Assembly (NCBI GenBank): GCA_963793865.1
Contig: CAWCBP010000008.1
Coordinates: 32,001-96,000 of the forward strand
DNA length: 64,000 nucleotides
Direction of reading: 5' to 3'
Source: an uncultured delta proteobacterium
Lineage (GTDB): Bacteria > Desulfobacterota > WTBG01
Below the pieces are notes generated by a model, which did no database searches, was not told where the DNA came from, and was given only the letters and a program-made list of their open reading frames with translations. Every line of letters starts with the position of its first letter. The stretch's first letter is position 1. Made by a program: the position numbers and the translations under genes. Positions 51,163-60,635 of the stretch are shown one piece after another.

Positions 51163-52068
51163 TCACTCGAATTCCTCTGATTCCTCCGCGGTATAAAACA
51201 GGCAGCGGTCTTCATCATCGATGCGGTCGGGATGGTCGCCCAGAAGGTACTCTTCAGCCTCTCGCCTGAACTTTTCCGCATCTGCCCTCATGGCATCAAG
51301 TTTTTCCGTGACCCCGTATTCCTCCAGCATGGCCTTGGCGGCCTGGAAAAGGGTGCCGCTTCCGTCCAATAGCATTCCCTCGTGCAGAATCTTGCATGCC
51401 ACCATCCGCTTGAAGGTGTCAAACGCAGCCTGTTCCCGCACGCGTTGGAGCTTTTTTACTATGTAGTCAATCTCTTCCCGCATGGAGGGATTGATGAGAT
51501 AACGGTATTTTTCCCGGTAGATGGCTTCATCGAGTTCCCGCATTACTCCATCGGGCACCCGGTCATCCAGAATGAAAACCAGATCAAGGTCCGATCCCTG
51601 TATCATTTTCCCGGTGCTGCGTTCGGGGCGGGGTACATCGTGGGCCATGCCATAGACTATGTCACCGGCAATAAAGACACACAGGTCTTCATCACCGATC
51701 CCGTGATGTACAAACCGGCCGGCCAGCGCAGCAACAATTCGTCGGGCGAGTTCACGCTTGCTGTTACTGACCTCCCGGATATGAGCCTGTATCTCCTGCG
51801 CCCGTTGCTCAAGTCCGTCCGGGTCGCTTTTGAGACCGATGACCGTGTAGGTTAAGAATTCCCTCATTATTGAGGGTGAGAGCCGGGCAAGGCCGGACAC
51901 CTTCTGGTCCAGCCTCAGGAAACGTGTGCCGATTCTCCGGACGGACAGGTGCGGAGCGCACATGCATGATTTCCACAGCAGGTAAGGATCCCCGCCGAAA
52001 ATATCCCGCAGTTCCGCTCCGGTCCGGGGACCTTTTTGCCTGATGCAGTTGCTTATTTTGCGTTCCAT
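51163..52068 (-). CDS. Hypothetical protein with Pol-beta-type nucleotidyltransferase-like motif
   Basis: FIAGDIVYG...GSDLDLVFILDD...EEIDY; last gene of the glmM operon; start uncertain. Confidence 0.6.
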   Translation of the reverse strand: MERKISNCIRQKGPRTGAELRDIFGGDPYLLWKSCMCAPHLSVRRIGTRFLRLDQKVSGLARLSPSIMREFLTYTVIGLKSDPDGLEQRAQEIQAHIREVSNSKRELARRIVAALAGRFVHHGIGDEDLCVFIAGDIVYGMAHDVPRPERSTGKMIQGSDLDLVFILDDRVPDGVMRELDEAIYREKYRYLINPSMREEIDYIVKKLQRVREQAAFDTFKRMVACKILHEGMLLDGSGTLFQAAKAMLEEYGVTEKLDAMRADAEKFRREAEEYLLGDHPDRIDDEDRCLFYTAEESEEFE

Positions 52069-52135
52069 GGCGGCCTTTGGGCAGGTCGATGGTAGAGAGC
52101 TGAAATGCTTCCGGGAGGCATGCGGCTTACACTTC

Positions 52136-53158
52136 TCAACCCATGAGGTTTGTGAGGGGATTGCGGGTAAACGCCAGGTCGGCAACTTTCTCATAGGGCA
52201 GGCTGCGCATGTCAATCATTGCATATCCCTTTCTTTTTATCTCGCTTTCCTGCGCGAGCACGTCCCCTGCCGCGTCCTCATCAAGCACATAGATCATGGT
52301 GCCGCCGCCGGCCGCGTATTTCTGACCGTAGCTGATGGGAACATCGCAGCTGACAGGTCCCAGTATGGATTCGGCAACCGGGCCGGTCTTCCGCTTGCCG
52401 TTGGCCAGGAGTACGATCTTTCGGGCCTTGTACACCAGCTCTGCGCCCATGGAGATGGCATACCAGGGGCTTTTCTCCTTTGACGGGAAGTGGCCGTCAT
52501 GAACCGCGTCGGCCACGGTGTTGTCATCGAGCTTTACCAGCATCACTCTGTTGCCTTCAAAGGGAATGCCGCTTTCGTGAAATGCGACATGGCCCCTTCC
52601 TCCGACGCCGATGACGTGCAGGTCAATGCCGCCTGACGCTTCTACCTTTTTTTCGTAGGCGTCGAGAACATCCTCTTTGATCATCTTCAAAATGCCGGCG
52701 GCATTGTTCCTGATGACCACCGCCTTACCCTTGTCTGTTCCCTGCATTGCATACTGCCCTGTGTTTTTCGTCAGGGCGGCAACCAGGTCATGCTGATCAA
52801 TCAGCGTGCCCCAGGGAACATTGGTCTCGATGAATTTTTGCTGGAGGAGGCTGAAAAATTCCGAAATCATGAAATAGCTGTATGACTCACAGTGCAACGC
52901 ACGCTGCTGGGCGTTTTCCCCGGGCAGGCCGACGTATTCGTCAAGGTTGAAGGTGCGGATGCTCCGGGCGTCGATCCTGCCGGCGTTAAAGGCCTTGGCC
53001 AGGTGTTTGTAGAGGCCGGTGGGCGAATTGCCGGTTGCGAGCCCGAGCACATACTCCTTCTTGTGCGCCTGCTTTTCCTGTATGTCCGCCTCGACGATGT
53101 CTGCGGCCACTTTGCTCATCTGGTCAAAATCTTTTGTTACATAAATGGTAAACGGCAT
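52136..53158 (-). CDS. nagB: Glucosamine-6-phosphate deaminase, with insertion
   Basis: LGLATGNSP, TFNLDEYVGL, GGIDLHVIGVGGRGHVAFHE, AISMG. Confidence 0.85.
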   Translation of the reverse strand: MPFTIYVTKDFDQMSKVAADIVEADIQEKQAHKKEYVLGLATGNSPTGLYKHLAKAFNAGRIDARSIRTFNLDEYVGLPGENAQQRALHCESYSYFMISEFFSLLQQKFIETNVPWGTLIDQHDLVAALTKNTGQYAMQGTDKGKAVVIRNNAAGILKMIKEDVLDAYEKKVEASGGIDLHVIGVGGRGHVAFHESGIPFEGNRVMLVKLDDNTVADAVHDGHFPSKEKSPWYAISMGAELVYKARKIVLLANGKRKTGPVAESILGPVSCDVPISYGQKYAAGGGTMIYVLDEDAAGDVLAQESEIKRKGYAMIDMRSLPYEKVADLAFTRNPLTNLMG

Positions 53159-53211
53159 GATACCCTTTCACGGCGTTGTGCCGATTGTTTGATGAGCGAC
53201 GGCAGGAACCT

Positions 53212-54561
53212 CTAGCTGAGCGCCTTTTTGACAATTTCAGAGAGCTCTTTGCAGTATTTTTCGGTTGTCTCTTTCGTCGGCCCTTCAACCATGACCCGGC
53301 ACATGTTCTGTGTGCCCGAATAGCGGATGAGCACGCGGCCCTGTTCCTTCAGCTCGGCCTCAACCTGTTTGACCGCCGCGACGATTTCCGGAACCGACGC
53401 GATCTCCGGCTTGCGCCTGACGTCAACGTTGATGAGTTTCTGGGGCAGCACGTCCATAAGTCCGGCCAGCTCGGACAGCGGCTTTCCGGCCTTGAGCATG
53501 GCGGCAATAAGCTGCATGGCGGTGAGAATCCCGTCGCCGGTGGTATGATGGTCAAGGAAGATCAGATGTCCCGATTCTTCGCCTCCGATTACCGACCCGA
53601 GGCGCTGCATATCCTCCAGCACGTATCGGTCGCCGACCTTGGACGCATGGTGCCTGAATCCGTATTTTTTGCAGGCAAGGGTGAGGCCGAGGTTGCTCAT
53701 GATGGTGCTGACCAGAAGATCGTTTTTGAGCCTTCCTTCCTCCTTCAGGGTTTTGGCGCAGATGATCAGGATCTGGTCACCGGTGATCTCCTGCCCCTTC
53801 TCATCAACCGCAATGAGGCGGTCCCCGTCCCCGTCAAACGCCAGGCCGATGGCGGCGCCGGTTTCAAGCACCTTTTTCTTCAGGTCGTCGGTATGCTGAG
53901 AGCCGCATGTGTCATTAATGTTAAGGCCGTTGGGCGTGTTGTGGATGACGCTGAGGTCGGCGCCCAGTTCGGTAAACGCCTCGGGGGCGACGGTGTAGGT
54001 GGCACCGTTGGCAACGTCCATGGCGATTTTCAGCCCTTCCATTGAAAGGCTGCGGGGGAAGGTGTTCTTTAAAAATACAATGTACCTTCCATGCACATCA
54101 GTGAGTCGATAGGCGTGGCCCATCTCCCCGGGCGGGGGCACCATCTCGGGCAGCCTGCCGCCCAGTATCAGCTTTTCGATCTCCTCCTCCTGCGCGTCGG
54201 ACAGCTTGAACCCGTTTCCGGAAAATATTTTGATGCCGTTGTCCTGATAGGGGTTATGCGACGCCGAAATGACAATCCCGGCGTCGGCGCGCATGCTTTC
54301 CGCCATGAATGCGATGCCGGGGGTGGGCAGCACGCCCACCAGGTAGGGAGCGCCTCCCATCGAGGTGATGCCGGACTCGAGGGCGCTTTCAAGCATGTAT
54401 CCTGAAATGCGCGTGTCCTTGCCGATGATGATGCGGGTGGTGTGGCCCCTTTTCTTCAGAACATGAGTGACCGCCTGTCCGACCGCGAACGCCATGGCGG
54501 CGTCCATGGGATGGCGGTTCGCCTCACCGCGTATTCCATCAGTTCCAAACAACTTCCCCAT
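53212..54561 (-). CDS. glmM: Phosphoglucosamine mutase
   Basis: LFGTDGIRG, GKDTRISG, ISASHNP, DGDGDR, GGEESGH, RYSGTQ. Confidence 0.96.
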   Translation of the reverse strand: MGKLFGTDGIRGEANRHPMDAAMAFAVGQAVTHVLKKRGHTTRIIIGKDTRISGYMLESALESGITSMGGAPYLVGVLPTPGIAFMAESMRADAGIVISASHNPYQDNGIKIFSGNGFKLSDAQEEEIEKLILGGRLPEMVPPPGEMGHAYRLTDVHGRYIVFLKNTFPRSLSMEGLKIAMDVANGATYTVAPEAFTELGADLSVIHNTPNGLNINDTCGSQHTDDLKKKVLETGAAIGLAFDGDGDRLIAVDEKGQEITGDQILIICAKTLKEEGRLKNDLLVSTIMSNLGLTLACKKYGFRHHASKVGDRYVLEDMQRLGSVIGGEESGHLIFLDHHTTGDGILTAMQLIAAMLKAGKPLSELAGLMDVLPQKLINVDVRRKPEIASVPEIVAAVKQVEAELKEQGRVLIRYSGTQNMCRVMVEGPTKETTEKYCKELSEIVKKALS

Positions 54562-54582
54562 ATATTCTCCTCCCCATTGCGG

Positions 54583-55815
54583 TTAATTCCTGTGCGGCGG
54601 AAACAGGGCCAGCGACGGCAGCAGTGCCGCCGTCCTGCCGCACAGATTGTCGATGATCATCTGGAGCCATGCCGTACCCCCCCGCACCACCCCGGGCGGC
54701 AGTGCCTGCACGGCCTTAAGGTAATCCTGCGCGGAATCACCGGTGCTGTCATTAAATCCGGCAAGAAATCCGTCGCGGGCAGCGCTTATGGCATCCTCCT
54801 GCGGCTCGGTTTCAAGTAGCGCGCAGACACGGTCAATGTTCTCGCGCAGTTCCCTCCCGGCGGCGTTGCTGTCGGGAACTTTTGCAACCAGTGCCTTGAG
54901 CCTGCTCAGCCGCTCCGCCTTGGCCATGGCCAGCTTTTCAAGCGCGCCGGCATGGATGAGGCTGCCGAATTCCTGACGGCTGAAAAACGGCTGCCGGATG
55001 TGCCGGTACCACTGTTCCAGTGCCGCCAGATTGGCGAGGTATATAACATTATTTCCCACAATGCGGGAGAGATTTTTATAGGCATGGGCCACAAAATCTT
55101 TTATGCCGCCGGGATGGGACCTGGCGATGACCAGCTTCCTGTCCTCCGGGCAATCCTCTCGCACCACCGATCCGGCTGCTACCACCGTGCCGTAGCCGAT
55201 CCTCGCCGGGCCCACAACACCGCCCTGGCCGCCGAGAAAAATGGCCGGCTGGTTGAGCATGACACCCTTCGGCACATCGCCGAACAGGGAGGCGGTGGTC
55301 TTGTTGCCGTCGGGGGTGAAATTAAAATGAATGTAGGAGCTGCCCACTTCGCTGTGGTCCTTGCGGCTGGTGCCGCCCGCCATGAGGCAATCGCAGAAGT
55401 TTATCAGGCTGCCGAGGGTTACGAAGGGGAAAAGGATGGTCTGCTTCAGACCCACGCAGTGCGCGCCGTTGGCCTCCTCTTCAAGGATGCACCCCTCGCG
55501 GACATGGGCGCCGGAAGCCATGTTCGCCTTGTTAAGAAAAACCGACTTGCTGAAATAGCCGCCCTTGAGCTCAACCTCGGGGCCGAGCTGACAGCTGTCG
55601 ATCGTCACCGGGCCCTCTTTGCCGAGCGTTGTCCCGGATGATATAACAGTTTTTGCACCATAGATTCTGCAGCCGGGGTATATGGTGACACCGCTGCCGG
55701 AGATCCGGTCAACGGCAACCTCATCGCCGATGTCCAGGGTGAGGGGATTGTGTATGGCAACCCCCCGGTTGATGAGCTGAACTATTTTTTCATGCGCTCG
55801 TGGTTTCAGATCCAT
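54583..55815 (-). CDS. GlmU-like protein with only the hexapeptide acetyltransferase region plus a C-terminal helical extension
   Basis: LINRGVAIHNP, hexapeptide repeats, VGSSYIHFNFTPDGNK (compare GlmU IGAGTITCNYDG.NK); no LAAG.GTR motif. Confidence 0.7.
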   Translation of the reverse strand: MDLKPRAHEKIVQLINRGVAIHNPLTLDIGDEVAVDRISGSGVTIYPGCRIYGAKTVISSGTTLGKEGPVTIDSCQLGPEVELKGGYFSKSVFLNKANMASGAHVREGCILEEEANGAHCVGLKQTILFPFVTLGSLINFCDCLMAGGTSRKDHSEVGSSYIHFNFTPDGNKTTASLFGDVPKGVMLNQPAIFLGGQGGVVGPARIGYGTVVAAGSVVREDCPEDRKLVIARSHPGGIKDFVAHAYKNLSRIVGNNVIYLANLAALEQWYRHIRQPFFSRQEFGSLIHAGALEKLAMAKAERLSRLKALVAKVPDSNAAGRELRENIDRVCALLETEPQEDAISAARDGFLAGFNDSTGDSAQDYLKAVQALPPGVVRGGTAWLQMIIDNLCGRTAALLPSLALFPPHRN

Positions 55816-55872
55816 GTGAAGCTCCCCGTCGACGTGCCTGTTTGCCTGAACGTGTCCGCAGATATGCCGGGT

Positions 55873-58101
55873 TCAATGAGAAACTGCGTGCATAACGCCT
55901 GTTGCCGGATACCCAAAAACTTCCTTCCGGAAAAAATCGATCAGCGCTTTTTTTCGCCTGTGTTCCTGCTCCTGGTGGGGTATGAGCATATCTTCCTGAA
56001 GATGCAGTATGGACATTTCGATTTCCATAATCGGCCCGTACGAGTTGTCAAGATACCAGGCGTACATGAGGCCGAAGAGCAGGCCGGGGGGCAGAAAGCC
56101 GTCATTGTGGTTGAGGGTAATCCGGTACGTGCTCGCGTCCCGGGGATGCGGAACCATCCTGGCCAGTACCAGGTAGTCGTGCAGCTGCTGCGGGTTTAAA
56201 AAACATTCGCGCCTGCGGGGGGGAAGCAATTGTATTTCAAAACACCGCGAACCCCAGTTATCCCCACCTGCGGGAGCGATCCAGCTGCGCTTCTCGATGT
56301 ACCGCCCGAGCAGCGATTCCCCCAGCGCAATCAGCATGTTTCCCTTCAGCCGCTCAGGGTCATCGAGCAGCTGGCGGTGGAATTTTAAATAGCGGTCCCG
56401 GGGATCGTAGTAGCCCAGCACGTTGTCCCATTCGACGCTCCTGTTCCACTTGTCGGCGGAGATAATACGGGCGCCGCTAAAAAATGCGAGGTGTTCAAGC
56501 CGCATGTCACGATTTTCCCATGCCAGGTCCAGCATGCTGTCGCGCAGGTGAGCGGGGCGGAAGTCCTTGCGGTCGAGTGCGGTGTTGAACGCCGACCAGT
56601 AATCGCAGAGCAGCTGTTTGCTCAGGTGGCAACCCCGGGGATCGTTTTTGCGGACACGGACAACCGCGCTTTTCCTGCGAACGGGCCGTCCTCCGTGGCG
56701 GTTCGCAAACAGCAGGGTGCGCACGGCAAGGGTGAATTTTTTCGGGTCATGGTGGATGAAGCCGGCGGACTTCAGATGTTCAACCGAAAATATGGTTGCC
56801 TCGACCGGCTGCACCCCCGCTTCTTCAACATGCTGCCGGTCAAGGTATATGGGCCTTTTGCCTTCAAGCGCGTAGTTCCGCAACACGCTTCCGGGAATGT
56901 GCTCAAGGTTCGCGCTCAGCACGTAATCGAACAGGCCGGAGCAGCCGCCGGGAACATTCCGGTCATAGGCGTCGACCAGCTCGGATACGCGAAAGCCCCT
57001 TCTTCTATCAGTCCGGGTAATGTCGGTTTCACCCTCTTCAATCCAGAAATTCGCGGCGAGAATTTTCAAGGCGGAGCGGTTGTCCCGGATGGCGCCGGCA
57101 AGGCCGGGCAGTTGCAGCACGGGGATGCTGCTGGTGTACAGGCTTCCGGGTGCAAGAATGATCAGATCGGCTGCGCGCACAGCCCTGATGACGTCGGCGT
57201 GTGCCGCGGGTAATGCATGAAATTCGGCGTATACCCTTTCAACCGGGAAGCCGCGCCGTGCGGTTGATGATTTGCTCTGCCCGTGGACTTCCACTCCGTT
57301 GACGTACCGGAACACGAGCTGTCCCGGCGTCGCGGTTGCCGGATGAAGCCTGCCCGGCTGCGCTCCGATGGCCCGGGCGATGCAGTCAATCCCTGCCCTG
57401 AGAACGGCCATTGAGGGCGGACGGTCAAAGCGGGCTCCGTTTTCCCTGAAAACAGCGGCAGTCAGCAGCATGTTGCCCAGGCAGTGCCCGCCGGGGGTGA
57501 TCGTGGGCCCGTCCCCTCCGGGTGTGAGGAAGGTACCCAGCCGGCGCAGAAGACTTGCGAGGGGTCGGGGGCAGGCGTCGCGCAGCGACCGGGGTGCCAC
57601 CAGGAGCGGGTCACGTACGGGGCGGCAATCTGCAGACCCTTCGGGAAAGCGGTGGTTGAACACCCGGTGAATAAGGCGGAGCAGCGCCCGTCGTTGCGGG
57701 CCGTCTATGCCGTACTCCTTCTCGATATTGTCGGGGAGAATCATGGACAGGCACAGCTTGCGCAGGTCGCCGATCCCGATCATGGGCAGATGCTTCAAAA
57801 GTTTGCCCGTGGAACGGCCGTCGTCCGTGGTGCAGACCACAACATCGAGACAGGGAAAGAGCTGCTTCAAACCGACGTTGGGATTGCTCGGCCAGTCGGC
57901 GAGCTGGGAATTCCCCCCCACGACGGTTGAGAGCCCCGTACCTCCTCCCAAGACAACCGCGCGCAGGTTGCCGCAGTCAAAGGAGCGCACCTCTTCCGCC
58001 AGGCTGCGCATATCCGGGGACGCCGTGGCGTAGGGCGATCCGCTGTTTAAAACAGCTTCCACAAGGTGCTCAATCTGGAAATGGTTGCCGGATCTTTTCA
58101 T
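55873..58101 (-). CDS. YvcK/GlmR (UPF0052/CofD-like) protein with long C-terminal extension
   Basis: VVLGGGTGLS, TTDDGRSTG, GDLR, GHCLGN, APGSLYTS, HHDP. Confidence 0.85.
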   Translation of the reverse strand: MKRSGNHFQIEHLVEAVLNSGSPYATASPDMRSLAEEVRSFDCGNLRAVVLGGGTGLSTVVGGNSQLADWPSNPNVGLKQLFPCLDVVVCTTDDGRSTGKLLKHLPMIGIGDLRKLCLSMILPDNIEKEYGIDGPQRRALLRLIHRVFNHRFPEGSADCRPVRDPLLVAPRSLRDACPRPLASLLRRLGTFLTPGGDGPTITPGGHCLGNMLLTAAVFRENGARFDRPPSMAVLRAGIDCIARAIGAQPGRLHPATATPGQLVFRYVNGVEVHGQSKSSTARRGFPVERVYAEFHALPAAHADVIRAVRAADLIILAPGSLYTSSIPVLQLPGLAGAIRDNRSALKILAANFWIEEGETDITRTDRRRGFRVSELVDAYDRNVPGGCSGLFDYVLSANLEHIPGSVLRNYALEGKRPIYLDRQHVEEAGVQPVEATIFSVEHLKSAGFIHHDPKKFTLAVRTLLFANRHGGRPVRRKSAVVRVRKNDPRGCHLSKQLLCDYWSAFNTALDRKDFRPAHLRDSMLDLAWENRDMRLEHLAFFSGARIISADKWNRSVEWDNVLGYYDPRDRYLKFHRQLLDDPERLKGNMLIALGESLLGRYIEKRSWIAPAGGDNWGSRCFEIQLLPPRRRECFLNPQQLHDYLVLARMVPHPRDASTYRITLNHNDGFLPPGLLFGLMYAWYLDNSYGPIMEIEMSILHLQEDMLIPHQEQEHRRKKALIDFFRKEVFGYPATGVMHAVSH

Positions 58102-58236
58102 GCGAGCAGCCCTGGTTTAATACCCTCAAATACCCTGGCTTCCTGTTTTCCGTGCACGCCCCCGATAATAAGGCCGGGCGCGGTACCCATATAGCAGCCG
58201 TCCCTCTGAGACCATTCAACAATTTTTAAATAGTTG

Positions 58237-58629
58237 TCACTTTCCTTTTTGCTCATTTTTTTTATGTGTCCCGGCTTTACTGGATTTTGCCGTCAGATAT
58301 TCCTTCAGGGCGATGGCCTGGTTGTGTGCGGTGTCACGTGCCGAATAGAGCAGGGTGAGTTTTCCCTGGGCGGCTATATCACAAAGCTGCTTTACGACCT
58401 GCGGTTTCTCATCGAGCTCGGAAAAGTAGCGCTTTTTGAACTCGTTCCACCGGGTGGGATCATGGGCGAACCATTTTCTAAGATCTCCCGTCGGTGCAAT
58501 ATCCTTCAGCCACAGTTCTGCCTGCAGCTTCTCTTTGGTCATGCCCCGGGGCCATACCCGGTCAACCAGGACACGGGTTCCGTCTTCCTTTTTCCGGGGA
58601 TCGTATGCCCGTTTGGTTTGGATGTCCAT
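58237..58629 (-). CDS. DUF488 (YeaO-like) protein
   Basis: KRAYD, DGTRVLVDRVWPRG, WLKDIAP, LRKWF, HNQA. Confidence 0.9.
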   Translation of the reverse strand: MDIQTKRAYDPRKKEDGTRVLVDRVWPRGMTKEKLQAELWLKDIAPTGDLRKWFAHDPTRWNEFKKRYFSELDEKPQVVKQLCDIAAQGKLTLLYSARDTAHNQAIALKEYLTAKSSKAGTHKKNEQKGK

Positions 58630-58726
58630 GCAGCCTCGTTCACGCGGGAGTAATGATCAATCAATACGCCTGGCAGGCTGTGCGAAGTATTCTTTTCAGC
58701 GGCTTCCGTCAACTCAAGCGCGGCAT

Positions 58727-60256
58727 TCACTGCCTGTAGTCCGAAGGCTTTATCTCCAGTTTTTTCATTTTATACTGCAGGGTCGAGCGCTTCATGCCCA
58801 GCTGATGTGCCGCTCCTGAAGGGCCGGCAATGCGCCCTCCTGTTTTTTGCAGCACCTTTTCTATGTGCTTTTTTTCCGCCTCCGCCAGCGTCCGAACTTC
58901 GCTTTCCTGCCCCGGGGACCCGCTCAAAATGTTTTTGATGTCCTGGCCGGTCACCGTCTGCCCGGACTTCAGAATGATGATGCGCTCAATGAAATTCTGC
59001 AGCTCGCGCACGTTGCCGGGCCAGCTGTAGCCCATGAGCATGTCCGTTGCATCCGGCTGCATGTGCGGCCGGGTCCGGTCCAGCTTTTTACAGAAGGCTT
59101 CACCAAAGTAGCGTCCAAGCACCGGGATGTCCTCCGCCCGCTCCCGGAGAGGAGGAACGCGTATGGGGAAAATATTGAGCCGGAAAAAAAGATCATCGCG
59201 GAACTGCCGTTCCTCAACCAGCTTTTTTAAGTTCTTGTTGGTGGCGGCGATGATCCGCACATCCGTCTTTATCGGCTGCACCCCGCCCACCCGCTCGAAA
59301 ATGCCTTCCTGCAGCACCTGCAGGAGCTTGGCCTGCGTATTTAAGGGGAGCTCGCCGATTTCATCCATAAACAGGGTGCTGTTGTTCGCTATTTCAAAGC
59401 GCCCGATTTTCCGTGCCGCCGCCCCGGTAAATGCCCCGCGCTCATGGCCGAAGAGCTCACTTTCTATCAGGGTCGGAACCAGCGCCGCGCAGTTAACCTT
59501 GATGAATGTTGTGCCCTTCCGCCGGCCGAGATTATGAATGGTCCGGGCGATAAGCTCTTTGCCGGTGCCGGTTTCTCCGGTAATTAAAACGGTGGTATCG
59601 GTTTGGGCAACATTTCTGACGGTATCCATAAGCTGCTGCATGACAGCTGATTTATAGACTATTTCGCGAGGCTCATCCAGCGACTCTATCTCCTTTTTAA
59701 GATAGGCTTTTTCCTCCGCCAGGCTGTCGGTCAGCTGCTCGAGCCTTTCATACGCCAGCATGTTGTCAATGGCAAGAGCGATCTGCTGGGAAACCTTTTC
59801 CACCAGGTCAATCTCTTCCCCGGCAAGGGGGAAAGCGTTTTTATAAAAGAGTTGCATGGTACCGATCGGCTGGCCGCGCATCAGAAGGGGGGTGCAGATA
59901 AAAGACCGCAGCCCGACAGCATTAAGCATTGGTGCCTCGGGCAACAGCGGCTGCTTCACAATATCGACAATGATGGTTTTCCTTTCCTGCAGGACCCGGG
60001 CAGGTATTTCCGCCCCACGGGGCGCCAGGGTGTTGTCTTTGAGCATGGGCATGTTGATGCCCAGCGCGGGAGAAAAGTAGTCCCAGCTGGTGATCCCGCC
60101 CGTGCGCTTTATAATAATGCTGATGCGATCAAACTTGAGCAGCGGCTGCAGCACGTTGGCAATCTCCTTAAACAGGCCGCCGCGGGTGCGCTGATGGATG
60201 ATGGTATTGGTGATCTTCAGTATGGTTTGATACGTATCCGGTGGGTTGGCTGACAT
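58727..60256 (-). CDS. GAF-domain sigma54-dependent activator (FhlA-like)
   Basis: GAF, GETGTGKE, ESELFGHERGAFTGA, WPGNVREL, C-terminal HTH. Confidence 0.93.
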   Translation of the reverse strand: MSANPPDTYQTILKITNTIIHQRTRGGLFKEIANVLQPLLKFDRISIIIKRTGGITSWDYFSPALGINMPMLKDNTLAPRGAEIPARVLQERKTIIVDIVKQPLLPEAPMLNAVGLRSFICTPLLMRGQPIGTMQLFYKNAFPLAGEEIDLVEKVSQQIALAIDNMLAYERLEQLTDSLAEEKAYLKKEIESLDEPREIVYKSAVMQQLMDTVRNVAQTDTTVLITGETGTGKELIARTIHNLGRRKGTTFIKVNCAALVPTLIESELFGHERGAFTGAAARKIGRFEIANNSTLFMDEIGELPLNTQAKLLQVLQEGIFERVGGVQPIKTDVRIIAATNKNLKKLVEERQFRDDLFFRLNIFPIRVPPLRERAEDIPVLGRYFGEAFCKKLDRTRPHMQPDATDMLMGYSWPGNVRELQNFIERIIILKSGQTVTGQDIKNILSGSPGQESEVRTLAEAEKKHIEKVLQKTGGRIAGPSGAAHQLGMKRSTLQYKMKKLEIKPSDYRQ

Positions 60257-60411
60257 ATCCCTGTACCTCCCTGCCATGTGCTTCTTATTGCATGCTGCAC
60301 CCGGAAAGACAAGCATTAAATGTATTTTTTGCCCAATAGTCAGCACTTCTGCCAACCGGCAATCAGATTTTCCTGTGATTGATGCAGGCGGCTAAGAATA
60401 TGTTTATTTAA

Positions 60412-60424
60412 AATCAAACAGTTA
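60412..60424 (+). promoter_or_regulatory. IHF binding site
   Basis: AATCAA-ACAG-TTA matches WATCAANNNNTTR exactly. Confidence 0.6.
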
Positions 60425-60440
60425 AAAACAATTTCCCGCT

Positions 60441-60455
60441 TGGCACCATACTTGA
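60441..60455 (+). promoter_or_regulatory. sigma54 -24/-12 promoter (variant -12)
   Basis: TGGCAC-N5-TTGA, divergent from an enhancer-binding protein gene and just downstream of an IHF site. Confidence 0.62.
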
Positions 60456-60635
60456 AATACCTCTTTACGCTGAAGCAGTTGACCCATGGACGTAACCCAT
60501 GGAGCAACTTTATGAATAATAAAAAGTCATCTTGTTAATTAACAGCAATCTCACAAAAGGAGGTGCCAATTCGCTCAATCAGAAGGGAATGAAAGCGCGG
60601 AAGGTAAACACCATTTAATTTAAAGGAGATTGTTT

